Below are positions 25,662-42,100 of a stretch of DNA of 64,000 nucleotides, one piece after another (the first letter of the stretch is position 1; each line of letters begins with the position of its first letter). A program made the translations under genes and the position numbers. This stretch comes from Chrysomallon squamiferum (taxonomy: Eukaryota; Animalia; Mollusca): NCBI GenBank assembly GCA_012295275.1, contig CM022665.1, positions 24,490,001 through 24,554,000 of the forward strand. Reading direction: 5' to 3'. The notes beneath the pieces were generated by a model, which was not told the DNA's origin, ran no database searches, and saw only the letters and a list, made by a program, of their open reading frames with translations.

Positions 25662-28600
25662 ATGTGAAATAATATTTAATTCAGTGTATACTTAACTGAT
25701 GATTATGCTTAAGAATTTTTATTTATAATCATGTGCTTTACAAATGTTAATGAAACAATGTTCAAAATAATTATGAGGAATTTTGTTACAGTACAGTTTG
25801 TATTAATCCATTTTCAGTTTAATCTATTTACCATTATAAGATTTATTTTAAAAAAGAAAGAAAAGAAAACAAATATTGCAAATACACACACAAGCAAATA
25901 TTTCAATACATGTGTCTTTTATTGCATTAAGGGAAAATTTAGTATTTTCCTATGTTTTCACTTACAAGAGATCTTGACCAAATGGAGAAAATTTCTGCCA
26001 CACAGCTAAAGAGTTCCTCACACTCTGCAGTTGGATATTTCAGCCAATGAGATCTGTGCAGGTCTACATACTTGATGAGCAGTGGGTAGAAAGCATACAT
26101 GTCACGTGTCAGGTTGTTGTATTTCTGAAATAATGCACATGTAATTATTTATTATTATTATGACAACAAAAATTTTAGAAGCATTAGTCAAATATTTATT
26201 ATATGAAGACTGAAATCATTTTAATGAAGCTGATTCAATTCAAAAGCGGTAAAATTTTAAATCTTTCCAAAATGCTTAAATTTTATGTATATTTAATTCT
26301 TATTTAAAAGTTAATTCTCACAGCAATTAATAATAGATATAAAAAGCATTAAAGTTTATTAAAACAAACGAAATTTGTAAATATTCTCATAGCTTTAATT
26401 CAGAAATCTAGTGTATGAAGCAGCAAGCCTGAAAGCAAAACAAATATAAGATTTTTTAAAAATGCAGTTGGAAGAAAGATTTAAAAAAAAAAAAAAAGAT
26501 AAAGATCCTAAAATTAAATAAAAATTATTATGTCAGTCCTTTAATTTCTATAACTTTATTAAAATTATTTAACATTTTATTTTTTACCTCCTGCACTGTT
26601 GCTTCCATGTCAGAAGTGTCCGAAACCGTTCTTTTCTCTATGGCCAGTCTTTTTTCAAGGTGCTCCACACTCATTGCAGTTTCTTTCAGTTTTTTGGCAA
26701 TCGGCAAGAAGTGATCTTTTATCATGTCAGGAGTAGAATTGGCAATAATTGGCTGTGTTCGAGCTATTGAAAAACAAAAGTGAAAAAAAATGAAGTATCT
26801 TTTAATATGTATATATGCTGATGAATGAATGAATGGCATCTTAAAGCAAAAAGCAAAGTTAATTTGTCTGCTATTTTTTTTATTATTGTTATTTGTTATT
26901 TTTTTTTATGGTAAGAAATAATTAAAACTTTTTTTTAGATTTTATTGTGTTTGATTTAAAATATTTTTGTTAGTAAGGTTACCAAAATTAATAAATGATT
27001 CATCAAGAAACAAAATTTTAAATAAAATAAGTTGGAAATGTTATAACTGGAATACATACACTTGTTGTAATTATTTTATTTTATTTTATTGACAGTCATA
27101 AAAATAACACTATCTTTGATATTTATCTAATTAAAACTCAAGAGTATTACTGGCAATTCTGTTCATCCAGGGGGCATCTTCAATTCCAATGTTGTTGCCT
27201 ATCAAACTGAGTACATTGCCCAGAACTCCATTCATCTGCTCAGCTGTCACTGCAGACAGCTTGGTACTTCTGAAAATTAAAACAAGTCAAGAAATTGGTT
27301 ACATTTTTGAAATTATACATATTTATTTATTTTAAATAATAAGAATTAAAGAATCTTTTTATATTGTAAACTTTTTAACAAATAATTGTAATGTAAATTT
27401 AAAATAAAATAATAATAATAAAACATTCTAAACTTTTGAAAAATACAGCCAATATCACAGGGACCACCAAACAATATTGAGTTAACCAAATACCAACTCA
27501 AACAACTTTATATAGATAAAAAATATTGTTTGAAAATGAAATACATGTATATATTTATTTTTTATGGAATAATACAGTTTTAACACACTTTATAATAGTG
27601 CTAATTGCTATACAGTTACTATGGCTAGTTCTTGCCAACAATAATAACATGCATACTGAATCCAGATTAGAGTTATGAAACTAATTTTATGTTTGAACAT
27701 TTAATACAAATTTAAGAATAAAATTACATCTGTTTTATGGAAGAATAAGTAACAAATTGAACTATCACACAAATAGGCCTAATTAACAAAGTCCACAATA
27801 ATGCTGATAATGTCCATTATCTTTTAATGTTTGATCTTTTCATTAATAAAAAAAAAATTTGCCATAAATTTATTTGGTTAAAATCAGTTTCCATTTTATA
27901 TCTAATTATATTAACATAATAACAAAAAATACTTACTCCTCTGGTTTAAGAGTATCAGTTCTCTGATTCAGCCAAAATGGCAGATAGCTAAACAAAAAAA
28001 ATAATAATAATAAAATAAATAAATAACAAAAATAAAAATAAATAATAATAATAATAATAATAATATAAAATATTAAAAGTATTTTGTTAAAAATAAATCA
28101 GTTTATCTGAGTATTTTATTTTATTTTATTTATCTTCTGACATAAATACATGATCTCACTGCACCAGATAAGTTTTAATACAGAATTCATCCAGATAATA
28201 TTTCTAAATAAATAAGTTTAAAAAAACAACAAAAATTAAACAAAAATTTCTTTTACAAAGAAAAATATGCTTGAAAATCTAAGTAACAGATAACACATTA
28301 CTTTAAAAAAAAAAAAAGATTTCATGTCTTTATGAGATAAATATTTAACCCATATACCTGCACAGCATTGGCAGAGTTACTTCAATCACATGGGAAGCCT
28401 CATTGTATTTTTCTCTTGAGTTGGAGAGTTCTCCAATTTCTGCAAAAATCTTTTCTAAAGTAGGCAGATTCTGTGCCAGCTGGTCCATTACCTCTGAAAT
28501 ACATATTCACAAAAACAATGCAACAATGAACATTTTAAATATAAACATCTGTGATTAAACATGTTATCCTCATACAAAAATTGACCTATAACAAAAAAAA

Positions 28601-29431
28601 AAAATTAAAATTCAATTTTCAGTTAAATAAAAAAAATAAACAAATAAATCATTTACATTACCAGTAAAATTAAATTATGAAAAACAAAATACAGCTAATG
28701 CATACCATTAAACCATAGAATAGTTTTTATGTAAATAAAAAAGACAAGTATATGTTATTATATATATTTATCCAATATACTAATTATATGTATATCACTC
28801 CAATTCATGTTCAGATATTTTAATACTTTTTCCTTCATTTGTACAGATGTTAGATTTACCTTGAGCTTCCAGTGAATGTTCTGATATTTTTCCTTCTAGA
28901 CCAAACAATATAGAGTTCTTGTTGTATTTGTTCAGTTCTGGTTCCAGGAAAGCCACAGGAAAACAGCTGGCAAATGATCCAATACATTCACCAAGAGCTG
29001 GTCGATGTCTACAAACAAATCAAAATTGTTTTACATAACAAAAATTTGTATTATTTATTTTCATTTGTTACTGAAATTGCTTGTTTTTATTTATTATGTT
29101 TCACATAATAATTATTATTACTTACTTTCTTTTGATTTTTTTATTGTTATAATATGTTTATACAGTAATTAATATTATTACTTGTTTTCTGTTTTTCAAT
29201 GTTATTATTATTTCTTTTTACTTCCCTTGTTAAACTTCTGACCCATATAATTGAAAAAATTAATGTGTCATTTCTAGAATAAATTAAAATTGTTGTAGGA
29301 AAAACGTTCAGTAATAAAAATAAAAATATAAATTTAATATATTAATGAACATGTATATTCTGAATACTTTTTATTTTTTACTATTATTTATTATTTTATT
29401 TTATTTTTTTATTATTATTTTTTTTTATTAT

Positions 29432-29486
<55 letters not shown>

Positions 29487-32400
29487 TTATGATTATTATT
29501 TTTTTTTTTTTTTTGTTGTCCTAAACAGGAATTTAAAAAAAATAATAATAAAAATGTCAGCATCAAGTGAAAAATATAGTTGAGTATGCAATGGCTTTAA
29601 AATAAATTAATAGATTTAACAGCATGACTTGGACAGAGGGTGAGAGAAATTTTTCTTATTTATTTCAGCATTAAACCAAAAAATGTTAATTAAGTTCTTC
29701 AAATCAAGACATATATATATATAAACTGATGACTATTTATTATAAGCTAAATTATAACAAATAATTTTATTCAGAAATAACTGGTAGTCATTTCCTATGG
29801 AATATAATTCAAATTAAATATACACTCTTAATACTAAACTAATTATTTATCCTTAGCTAAATTACAAAAAATATTACTTTTTAAAAATGGTGATCGGTAC
29901 CAGTAAAATGTAAATATAAAAATTTATACTCAGTTGTACACACTATTAAAAGGAATGCACACAAAAGCATATATTATTGAAGCATGCAGAATGTAGAGGG
30001 TTTGTTTGGGCTAAACATGTTAATATATTATAAAATGTGAAAGTAAAAAGGGTGCAATAAAAATTAAATTAATATCAAACCACACATCTATTTTCATTTT
30101 TTTTTTCTTCTGTTTTATATAAATATATCTTTTTTAAGTAATATATTTTGTATATTTTGTAAATATCACTACATACTTGAACTAATAATAAAAGTCTATC
30201 ACAAAACACAAAAACGAATTAAAAAAATAATATTTTGTATGGAAGAACAAATTAAACAATAAAAGTAACTAAACTTAGAAAGCAACTTTCAGTGTAAGCA
30301 AGTATTATGGACAAATATAAGTAATTAAGTTGAAAACAGAAATCTCTCAAAATCATTCCATGCTTTGTGTACCTTGCGAGCTCTGCCGTTATAGTTTCCC
30401 TAATCCATGGTAAGTTAGAAAGAGAAAATAAATTACAACTTACTTAATACAGGAAGAGAGAGAAATAATAAAAATAATAATAATAAATTTAGAAATATAA
30501 AATAAAATAAAAATAAAGACATTTAAAGTTTAAATGATAGCCCATGCATCCAAACAAAATTATAAATGAAGAAAAACAATATCTGAAAATCTATCATCCT
30601 TCTCATTTTTTCTTTTTTTTTAAATTCAATCTTTATTGCCTCTCCAAAATTAAAACTTATTATATACAAGTGCAAATAGACAAGTTTATCATCAAATATG
30701 CAAGCGTTTGTGAAGAAAAGAAAAATAATTATCAGAAAGAGATACATTCGTGTAAGTAGTACTTAGGTTTTTTGGATCCATATAACCAGCTATAAGGATG
30801 AAAAAGATAATGACTGTGTAATGAATGATCTATAATGGTGAATAATTTTCTACAATCATTCAGTGTGTGTTAGTTGAAACTTAAGTATATATATGTTATC
30901 TTTACTTCTTTTGTAATTTTATAATCAAATTTGTTTTAAAAACTTTCCCCCCCGACCCACTTCAAATTAGAAAAAATATTTGCTTTCTTATTGGTGTTTT
31001 TTTTTTGCTTTTATTTTTTTTAGGGGAGAGGGTGTTTGTTGTTTTGTTTGTTTGGGGTTTTCTTTTTTCAAAAACTGACATGCTCAGAAATATGAAATAG
31101 TCATTTTTAACAATATACATTTTTTTTTTTTTTTTAAATTTGCAAACTATAATCATTCAGTGATACAAGTGCAAATATACACAAAATCCTCTATATAAAA
31201 TATACATATGTTTTTAAATATGTGTACTTAAAAATGTATTATAAGTTATATTTATTAAACTTTTGTCTTTCTTATAAAGCTGAATTTTATAAATTAACTG
31301 TAAATAAACTCTTTTGTTCCATAAAATTATTGGTACTAAAATATTCAGACAGTGATTGAACTGAACATTATCATTACTTTATTATTCATTTTTAAATTAA
31401 AAAACTTTTTTTACCTTTTGACAAAAGAAGAACTGTTTGTGCCAAGACAATACAGAGCATTTAGGATTCTGTAACAGGCCAGCTGAACATCTCCAACTGA
31501 GAATATATAAAAACAAAGAGACAATAGTAAATTTCTGTCAAATATATTTACTTTAATGACACATCTTTCAGAAAGTTACTTATTTTGTATTTTTGTCAGA
31601 TCATATATAACAAGCAAATTTGAAATGAATTGTTCCTCTGATCAAAGCTTGCCAAAATTTGTCCACAAGCTCAAAATAAAATTTTAAATAATGGTTTTAA
31701 AATTGTCTTACCAATTTCTCCCTTAAAAAACAACAACAAAAAACTCAGATAATAATAAAATATAATGTTTGTAATAGTATAAATGTTAAACCCAAACTGT
31801 AAGAACTAACCCAGAAGGTCTGTGCCAAAGCTGTTCACACCAAGATGTTCGTATGTGGCAGAAAGGACTGGCAGCAGCACCATGTGGACATAGTCCAGAC
31901 TGGTTGCTCCTCTAGTGATAGTTCCTTTCACATGACTGAACCGTCCCTTCTGCAAGTTGTCCATCACCTGGGCGAGGTCATCGGCAGCATTGTTGAAAAA
32001 TGGCAGAATGGAAGCTCGGACAAACTCTGGACTGTTCTTCACCACAGATCTGAGATTGAAGGATGCATTAGTTATAAATAAATAAATAAATAAATAAATA
32101 AAATAAAATTCAAAAAAAGTATTATAAAATTTTATAAATGAAAAATAATAATAATAAATGGAACAAAAAAAAAAAAAATGAAAATAAAACAAAATAAATA
32201 AAATACAAGCATTTTAAAAACACTAAGAAAAATACCAGAATATATTAATATATAAAACAAATAAATGAACATAAACATTTTAGCAATATAGGAAAAATGC
32301 CAACTTTTTCAGCATTAAAGGTAGTTTACAAGAACAAAACAATGATGTTTATCTTAATATTTATTTGTCACTCTAAATCTAAACTAAATGAAATATTTGA

Positions 32401-35400
32401 TTCGTGGGTGAGCAGTGCTGATTCACAGCAGATACTGACGTGTTAAAATTATATATCATGTAAGAAATAAATATTAACCTGAAGTCGACAGCCTGGACCA
32501 GCACTCTGAGACACCGTACAGAGATGTTTACATTGTGACCAAATGCTGAAATCTTGGATCTGAGAACCTGGGCAAGCTTACAGAACAAACTGAAAGTATA
32601 AGATTTAAAAAAAATTAAAAATTAACAAATTAATCATTTAAAAAAAAAAATTGAAGAAAAGAAGTTTTTTCAGTTTTTAAATACATTTTCAAATTAAATT
32701 TACAATATTATTCTCAAACTGAAAATATTATTATTTAATATGAAGTCAGTATTTCTGTTATAATGCATAGTATAAATATAGTACAAATATGTGAAGATTT
32801 TGTTTCAACCAATAATCAAAAGTAATATAAAAATGAATAATCTATATTAAACATCTTAACAAAAATTTAAATTACAAATAGGAATAATTAAAATGCAAGA
32901 TCTGGGCAAAAAAAAAAAATAATGATAATAATACACTATAACAAGAATTTGCTTTTAAACAGAACTTTCTTTTTAACTAAAGAGACCTTTTTTCACTTTT
33001 TAATTTTAGCTGATTCTATACATGATATTTCAGTCTCCCACAACTATATTAAACAAAGCAATAAATAACTAAATATTTATTAAAGTTTTTACCTGGCTGT
33101 CATTTCTTTCTCTTTGATAGAAGCTATGCCTGATGTGCTCTGAGGAGTGTTTGGTGAGGCAATGAAATAGAGGCGATGAGCTCGGAAATACCGCTCAACA
33201 AATGGCAGCACAACCTAATGAAAGTATGTTTTCTTTGTTTTAACTGACATTTCTAATTCAGTTATTTTGCAATTCAAAATTTTTTATAATTTGTTTGAGA
33301 ACTAATAATAAAGAGCAAAATCAATACTGATTGTTGTTTGTTTAATTTTTGAAAGAAACATTTTGTCAAAATATATGAACTGTTAAATGAATTTTTAAAT
33401 TTTCTATAAAAACACCATTTAAAAATTCAGTAAACTTCTTTTTTAGATAAAGAAAAATATTTATAAAAGATCCATACTAAATTTTAAATACAAAGGCATA
33501 AACCTTTCATAATAAATTCTGTTTCAAGAAAATATTTTTGAATATTAAATGGTACATATTTTACAAACAAATTAAAAGTATTCATTTAACAAAGGGAATA
33601 ATACATTCTATATTCTGGATGTATATATGCAAATTTCAAAGAATTCATTTTAGACATAAAATATGCATTTTACATATTTACAAGATATATGGATTTTTGC
33701 AATTAATTGAATTTATCAGTATAAAGTACTGAGACATATTTCACACAGTAGAGTCATTTATGGAATTCTACAAAACTTTTTATGTATACCTTTCCAAAGA
33801 ACTTGACGTCTTCTGTTGTTTGACTGTAGCTCTCTCTTCTACTGTATTTCCTGCTGGCACGAGACATGGTCATATTCACTGAAGCTTTATCCAGGAAATC
33901 CAACAGCTTCTCCAGCAGACTGTATGCAAATCTACGCTCCATCGCTGAGACTGTTACTCCACTGTCAGCTGAAGCACCACTCTGCCTAGAATGAGATTCA
34001 CGTCTTCGATCCAAGCCCATGTCGCCACTTAACGATGAGAAGTGCAGAAAGAACACCAAGAAGAAACCAAGGACGAATGAAGAGAAAGGAAGAAAGAAAA
34101 AAAAAGAAAGAGAAACAAAACAACAATGTAAACAATAAACAACCATCACCAATACAACTGAAATGAAAATAATTAAAAATGGCACAAGCAACTAAAACAG
34201 ATATTCTTCAGAAGAAGTTTGTAAAGATATTTTTTTTCTGTAAAGCAGACATAAAGAAGCAGCTAAGTTTACAGCAAAATTTAAGAGCATTTGAAAATTT
34301 TATGCAGATTAAAAAAAATATATTATTAAGAATGAGTAATTAAAATAATTGTTTAATTATTTTAATTATATTCATTTTTAAATAATAAAATGGAATGGTT
34401 ACAACTATTAAATGTACTTAAATGTTTTATTATACTGAATCTCATTAAAAAATATTTTTATTATGAATACACAAGAATGTAATTTTACTTTTTAACTGTT
34501 GCAGCAGTGTTTTTATAAAACAACTTTAAACAATAATGTAAAGTCATCAATGTTCATAAATCATGAGTTAATGTATTTAAAATTATGAATATATAAGATA
34601 TAAATATAAACTTTAATATTTGAAACATCTCACAATAATAATAAAGAATAATTAAAACTGAAAGAGAAAGAGTAATAATAACAGCAACAATAATAATAAT
34701 AATAACAGCAATAATAATAAGAATAATAATAAAAAGAGATACCATCAGAGAATGATAGTAATAGTAACAATAATAATAATAATACATATACAAGCCATGC
34801 TACTAATGACCTGGTAATTCTGTAACTAAGGAACTGCAGAAAACGTAACAGTTCTTGAGCGTGTTCTCTGTTTTTGCTCTTTTCCTTGTCAGTGAGGATG
34901 TCATAGGGGACAAGCTGTGGGTGTACACCACCACCTGAAAAAACCCAGTAGTCTTACATTTAACTGGTTACAGTTCTATCTCTCAAATTATAGGTATTTT
35001 GTTTTCATATTCTGAAAGCTAAATCAATTATCATGTCAATATCTTTTACCAAAACAATATAACTTTTGTTAAAATTTTAATATTATTTACTCATGAATAA
35101 AAAATGAGATATTTAGCATATACTTTTTTATTAGCAGTATGTACTACAAAAAGTTCTGTACTGAATGATTAATTATGTACATGGCTTATGTACATTATTT
35201 TGTTCCTAATTTCAGTTCCTAAACTACTGTAATAAAAATGTGTCGTTTTATATATATACATAAACATATTTTTTTCCTTGTTTTGCTAATTTTTTGCAAA
35301 TATGATTTAAATTTATGTAATTTCTTTTGCTGTTTAACTAGTACATGATAAATTTAATTGCAAAAGAAAAAAATCAATTACCAATAGCTTCAAGTTCTTC

Positions 35401-38400
35401 CTTTTTTCTTTTTGCCCACAGGTCATGAGCATTTTCTGCCAGTCTTTCAGACATGGTCTAAAATTAAATCAAAATTATTATAATTAATTATATTTTCAGT
35501 CTTTTATTATGTTAGATGCATAATTCTACCAAATGGAATAACAGTCTCATCAGTTTTGTTTTCCTTGTATGTATAATTGTGTCTGTGATTGTGTAAGACT
35601 ATTCTAAAATTTAAAAAAACCCTGTTATTATAGAATTTCAAACATAACTTGGATGAAAAGAAAGAAATTTACAGAGAAAATGCATTAATACTGTTTTAAA
35701 GTATTACAGGAAATGAGATAAAATCTGAAGTATAAAATTACTACTTAAATCTACAATTATTTTATTTTATTTTTTTTAAATATAAATAAATAATAATATC
35801 ATACCTGCAACTCTCTGGAAAGGGTTATGTTCCTCAGATCATAAGGTCTTGGACTGTATCCATGATCAAACTGAGAAAAGAAATTAATATAATTATATAA
35901 TCTAAAATTTAATCTATGATGAAATCATAGTGATAATGGTGAAACGAAAACCTTTCTTTTTTATAAAAACAATTTGACGAAAGGGTTTAATTAATATACT
36001 CACAGCATTTGCTTTAGAAGCCCTCCTCTTTATGCTGTCCCTGGTAGTTGAAACTCTGTTTTTATCTTGTTCAATTGTCCATCCAAGAGCCAACATGGCC
36101 TTCAGGTTTTCACGCACTGGTTCAGTATACCTTCTCTTGAACTGGAAAAATAAAATATAATTCTTTTACTCTATCCAAAAATTCCTTAAAAAACCCCCCA
36201 AAACCCAATATCTTTAAAAATATGTTAAAATTTATATCCAGCATTAGAATTCTAGGGAATGTGGTATTATTAAAGACAGGATATTAAAATAACATACCTT
36301 TTCATCAAGGAGATGAAATGGTTTGATCATTGGATGTGTCTTTTTATGCTCATCATAAGTTGTTCCATATGCCCATCCAGATTCAATCTACAGATACATT
36401 TTATGTTAAGATTAAAACAAAAATAATTAAATATAAATAAAACACATTCTTTATATGACCAAAATATTTAGTGCTCATGAAATTTTATATAAAATAAACA
36501 TAATTTAGCAGTACATGGTTTTAGGCAAATAAGTTATTTTAAATGAAAACATTCTTTGGATATTTTACAGGTCTGTGATATACTTATCTTCTTAGATTCT
36601 TTTAACACTCTTGAAAATACTCAGTATTCTTTTAAAAGCAATCTAAGCTCTATAATGTAAAAATTAAACTCAGACCTTTTTGATGGCCCAGCAGTCATGG
36701 AAGTGTTCAGAGAATTTGAGTACAGCTGATTCCAGAGACTGGTTAAGATTCACCCTGAAAAAATAATTATTTTTGAAAATTTTTGTAAATCACTGGTAAC
36801 AGTCTGTTGTGATAACAATAAAGAAAAGAAACTTGAAAGAGTTTTTCAAATTTGTTGCATCAAATAGTTTCCTTTAAATATGTTTATGTTTATCTTAATA
36901 ATAACAGAAAGGTATATTTGGAGATGTTTTATGATAGATTTTTTTTCCAGTACACATTCTTAATAATTACCAACATCAAAAAATTAGAGTGTATTTTATT
37001 TATTTTATTTCTGCCAATATTCTCATAACACTATACCTCAAATATTCTGTTAAGTATATAACACAGACTTCTTAACACACACATTAGGTAACTGTAAAAG
37101 TATGGACAGTGCTATTTATTATCCATTATTATAAAACAAATTCGTTAAGAAAATCACTCATTTTATTTGTATTACTAATGTTTGTTTTTTCACAGTGACT
37201 ACCTGGTTATATCCACAGGGCGTGGTACATAGACACCTTCAATGTCACTGCTGGAAGGTTCAGCCCAGCTATCATCTGTGTGACTCAGAGCATATTCTGG
37301 TGACAAAGCACAGCCAATAGCAGACAAACATGGCAGAGCTTTGGAAAATAACTCTGGATCATAAGCCTGTTGGGAAAAATTGACAAAATGAAAAGATAAA
37401 AAATTAATGCAAAATGTATTTTTTTTGACAATTATAATTTATGTCACTTAATAATAAAATAAACATTTTTATAAAAAAGAAAAAAAAAGGACAAAACATA
37501 TGATTTTAGTATTTGCAAATATAAATATATTCTTCCCCATTTGAAGGGTAAAATTAACAAATTTAATTATCTTTATTTTCAAAATAATTCATATTCATTA
37601 GTATGATATTATTTGCTATTTTAGTTTGTAAGCAGTATCTAAAAGAATTGAATTTTTTTTTTAAATTCTTTAACATACCCGCTGTGCCAAAGAATCAAAG
37701 ATCCCACTGAAGAGTATCATGGTGAGACGTTTTTCTTCCTCAGTTGCAGTACCCTGGGAACCAAACCCACCTCCGCCGCTACCATAGTAACGACCAACTC
37801 TCTCATAATGGGAAGTCAGTACCTAAGAAAAGAAAACAAAATAATTAAAAGTTTTAAAGAAAAAATTATTATCAACTCTAATAAATTATTGAGAAATGTA
37901 AAATTATTATTATTTTATTTTATTCTTTTTTATTTTAAATTTATTTTATGATTCTTTATTTTACTGTAATAATTTTATTTATTTTTTGTTTTGTTTATAT
38001 TTTATAATGAAAATTAATATTCATTATTAAAATTAATTCAGAGACAATAATATTTTAAGTTTTGTTTCATTTATTTAAAAATAATTAATAAAATATTAAA
38101 ATAATCTCTTACAGAGGATATATTAATATCAAGTAAATCTACAAAGACTGACATTCTGACTAAACTTACCCTCAGAGGTACAATGGCATGCTCAGACAGG
38201 GCAGGGACATCTCTTGTCAGTTTCTTCAGAAGACTTGTCATCATTGGTGGTCGCAATTGTCTAAATAGAAATTTTTACATCTTATTATAAACAACCCCAA
38301 ATAGCTACAAATTTGAATTATAAGTGTAACAAATATTGTTTTAACATATTATTATTGTAACAAATATAAAGTATTAATAATTTACAGTTTAAAAATAATA

Positions 38401-39084
38401 AACTGAAGCTTTGAAAAATAATCAGTGTCCTGGGAAGAAACAATTTACTCAGTTTCCAAACAGTCTTGATATTTAATGCACATTTGTGAAAATAAATAAT
38501 AAATTATATAAAGCAATGATTTTCCTGCATCTGTCATACTGAATCTGGTTTGTTTTAATTCAAAATCACAAACAAAATTTTGAAACACTTTGTCTAATTA
38601 ATTTTTAAATTATATTTTCTATTATACACAAATTAATTATCAAACATAAAAAAAAAATAGAACAGGAACATTTCATTTCAGTAAGACATATTGAAACCAC
38701 CAAGGGAGTTAACTCACGTTGTAAATGCTACAAGGAAATCAGACACAGCTTCTTGCTGTCCCTTGGTGAGGGTCCTGCATTTGGAAAGACGGTACACTGT
38801 GTGCAGCAGAGAGTCCAAGATGTGTGAGTAATGGTCAGCGTCACCAAAGTACTCACTGTATCTCATTAGCAGAGGCAGCACAGAGGCACACAAGTATCGG
38901 TTCAGAGCAAGAGCCATGTCACTTTCAGATGCCATTGCCTAGATATAGAAATATCTGTACTGTATCTGTTTGTGTTCAGGGGCATGAATATGAATGTGCA
39001 GGCAAACATAAATGAAGATTTGCAGAACAAGAGAAACAGAAAAAAAGGAGGGAGTGAAGGAATGGAATGGAGAAAAAAGAGAGA

Positions 39085-39163
<79 letters not shown>

Positions 39164-42100
39164 ACTTTAAATTTAAAAATAATTTTAAATTTTCAGCCTT
39201 GATTTTTGATCAAAATTATTAGACTAGTTCCTATTTTGATATAACATCAAAAATTTAAAAAGTCAGTGAGGAAACTTACACTGTCCAATGTTGTTGCTGC
39301 TCTCAAATCTGGCAAGAATGCTTCCTCAAGGACTCTGAAAAATGTAACTTGGTCATCCAGTCCATACACTCGCTCAAGAAACATCACAATTGATGATTTA
39401 TGATTCGGCAACAAACCTGGAGGCAGGTCACTAGGTGGTGGGGCCTGACTTTCAGCTTTTAAAAAAAAAAAAAAACCAGAATGGTGTATTAAATATTAAT
39501 GCCAGCCAGTGCATTACCAACAAAACGTATTTTTAAATTCTTAATATAAACATTTTGATTTTTAAAGATTTATTATTTTTTTAAATTTATATATTTAATA
39601 TTATTGTGATTTTTAATTGGTATTTGCAATGCAAAATATTATATCAAGTCAATAATATTTATTCTATTTTTTTAAATTTTTATTTATTTTTTATTTCTCC
39701 TTAACCCTCCAGCTGAGACTATTATTACTGAAATAGATACACATCTGTATATTTTTTTTAATAAAATCTGATAACAAAGGATACTACTCACTGTCCTGAT
39801 CTCCTGATGGTGGAGGATTTGAGTGCAAACCAACAGGCAAAATGAACCTTAGACTCAGAACTCCTTCCAAGTCCTCCATGGAAACCAGACTCCTCAAAAT
39901 GGAACGTGCTCGCAAAGAGTCACTGCGGCCAGCTTTTATTGTCTCTGCATCAGGAGCACAACGACCCAGTAAGTCAACCAAACTGGCATAAAAGTTCAGA
40001 ATGGCTCCTCCCATATCTATATAGTCCTCATCATCTTCTGGGGGCAGGGCAGAAAAGTCGAATTTGCTGTACAGTATGGAAATGATTAAACAGTGAAATA
40101 AACTATAATTGATGATTAGGTACATATATTGTTAATATTCAAAAGTAATTTTTTCCTTAGAAATATCTTTGAGTAGAATAAATTTTAGACATCAATAATA
40201 TGCTTAGTGTTGAATTATTAATAGTATACTAATAATATTCTTATCAGAGACCTCTGAAACAAAAAGTTGCCTCCACTGTCATCATCATCATTCATGGCAG
40301 CCAGGAAGCTGCAGGCTGTCCCATCTCTACTGGCTGTAATCTGCTCTGACATCTGAATTCCTTCTCTGATGGCCTGCAGAAGACCTCCACCCTCACCTCT
40401 CAGGGCTGGGCCAAGACATTCAGGTCTTCGGATCAACAAACGGACGACAAGATTGGCATTTTCTTCCACATTCTCACCTGAAAATATTATATGTGAATAT
40501 TAATCAGTTGAGCTAATTATAAATATACTCCCTCCCCCAGAAAGTTCAGCATTATACTATAATCTAATAATAAAATAATTAACTATCTGACAACCACTTG
40601 GTTCTTCTTCTAAAGGCAATATCCTAATTTCACTCCCTTTTTTTTTTTTTTTTTTTTTTTACCATAAATAAAAGAAAGCACATACCATTAAGTAATGTTA
40701 AATTAAAAAATCAAATTTATAAAAGTTTATCCAAACTGAATACTGACCATTAACCCAAACACAGAATCTCAGAAAATCCAGGAATCGTTCCCCTTCCACT
40801 GGATCCCAGCCAATGTCAGGATAACCTTTCTCCATTAGCTCAGCATTTGACTGCAGTCCACATCTTGACAAATAGGCAGAGATCTTGTCCAGGTGAGACT
40901 CTCTCAGTGCCAAAGCAAGTTCATTGTTGTCCATCAAAGAAGCACAAGCAACATCAAGAGGACATGAACCTCGAAGAGATGGGCGTGCTGTAAAAACAAT
41001 TTTTTAGGAATAATAAAAAAAAAAAAAAAATGTCTTCATTTGTTTATTTGTTTATTTACTTATATATTTATTGTTATCACATCTTAACAAGTTACATTCT
41101 GGAAAATAATTTATGTGAACTGAGCGATAAATTTACAATTAAGTTCCAAAATATTTTGTTTATGAAATTAAAATATTAGGATATCCAAATACTTTTAGAT
41201 AATTGATAACATTATGTATGTTACTAACAATATTCTAGTAATAAATTTAAATTTCTATAGTAAACAAATAAATCATGCTATATAAAGTATTTTAAAATAT
41301 TCCAGTAACTAATTCATAATACCCTAGAAATAAGTTGAAAATGTAACTATTTCATAATATTCAAGTTACACACTTAAAATGTTCTAGTGTTTAACAAATC
41401 ATTGTAAACTAACTAATTTATCATTTTAAATAACAAACAGCAGTCTAGTAATGAACTGAAAACTAACCCAGTAACATGCTACTGTTATCTAGCAAGTAGC
41501 TGAGATGTTCAAACATGGCTCGCTGGTTCTGTCGACTGGTTCGGCAGAAGTAACATAGAAAACGACAGCACATGACAACCATGTCTGCAGCTGCATCCTG
41601 GGAAAATGTCATAAATAAATATGTTAAAGTCATGTCCATTCTGGGAATTGTGTGAATGTGTAGACAAAAATACTCTATTAATAAATAGATACATATGTTA
41701 AATAATGTTCACTTTCTGTATTGCTTGGCAATGTAAAGATAAAACATGAATAAATAAAGTTCACTACTGTCGATATGTAAGATAATATTCCTTATTGTGA
41801 ACTGTGTGGGAATACAAAAACTCCAGCATGATTAATACCAACCAACAAAAAATAATTTCCTAAATAATTTATTATTATAACTACCTTTTTAAAAATTACT
41901 CTTATTATTGCCTTTTTATACAGTGATATTAATTTCAATAGATCATTTATCTGTTTCAAAAACTTGCATTTTATTATTTATTTTTTTATTACAGTCCTTC
42001 TTATTTGATCTAAACAACATGAATTTTAATTTGATGTAAATTCAAAATTTGGTTTTGATTATGCAAATATCATTTTATATCTAAAATAAATGCATGCTCT

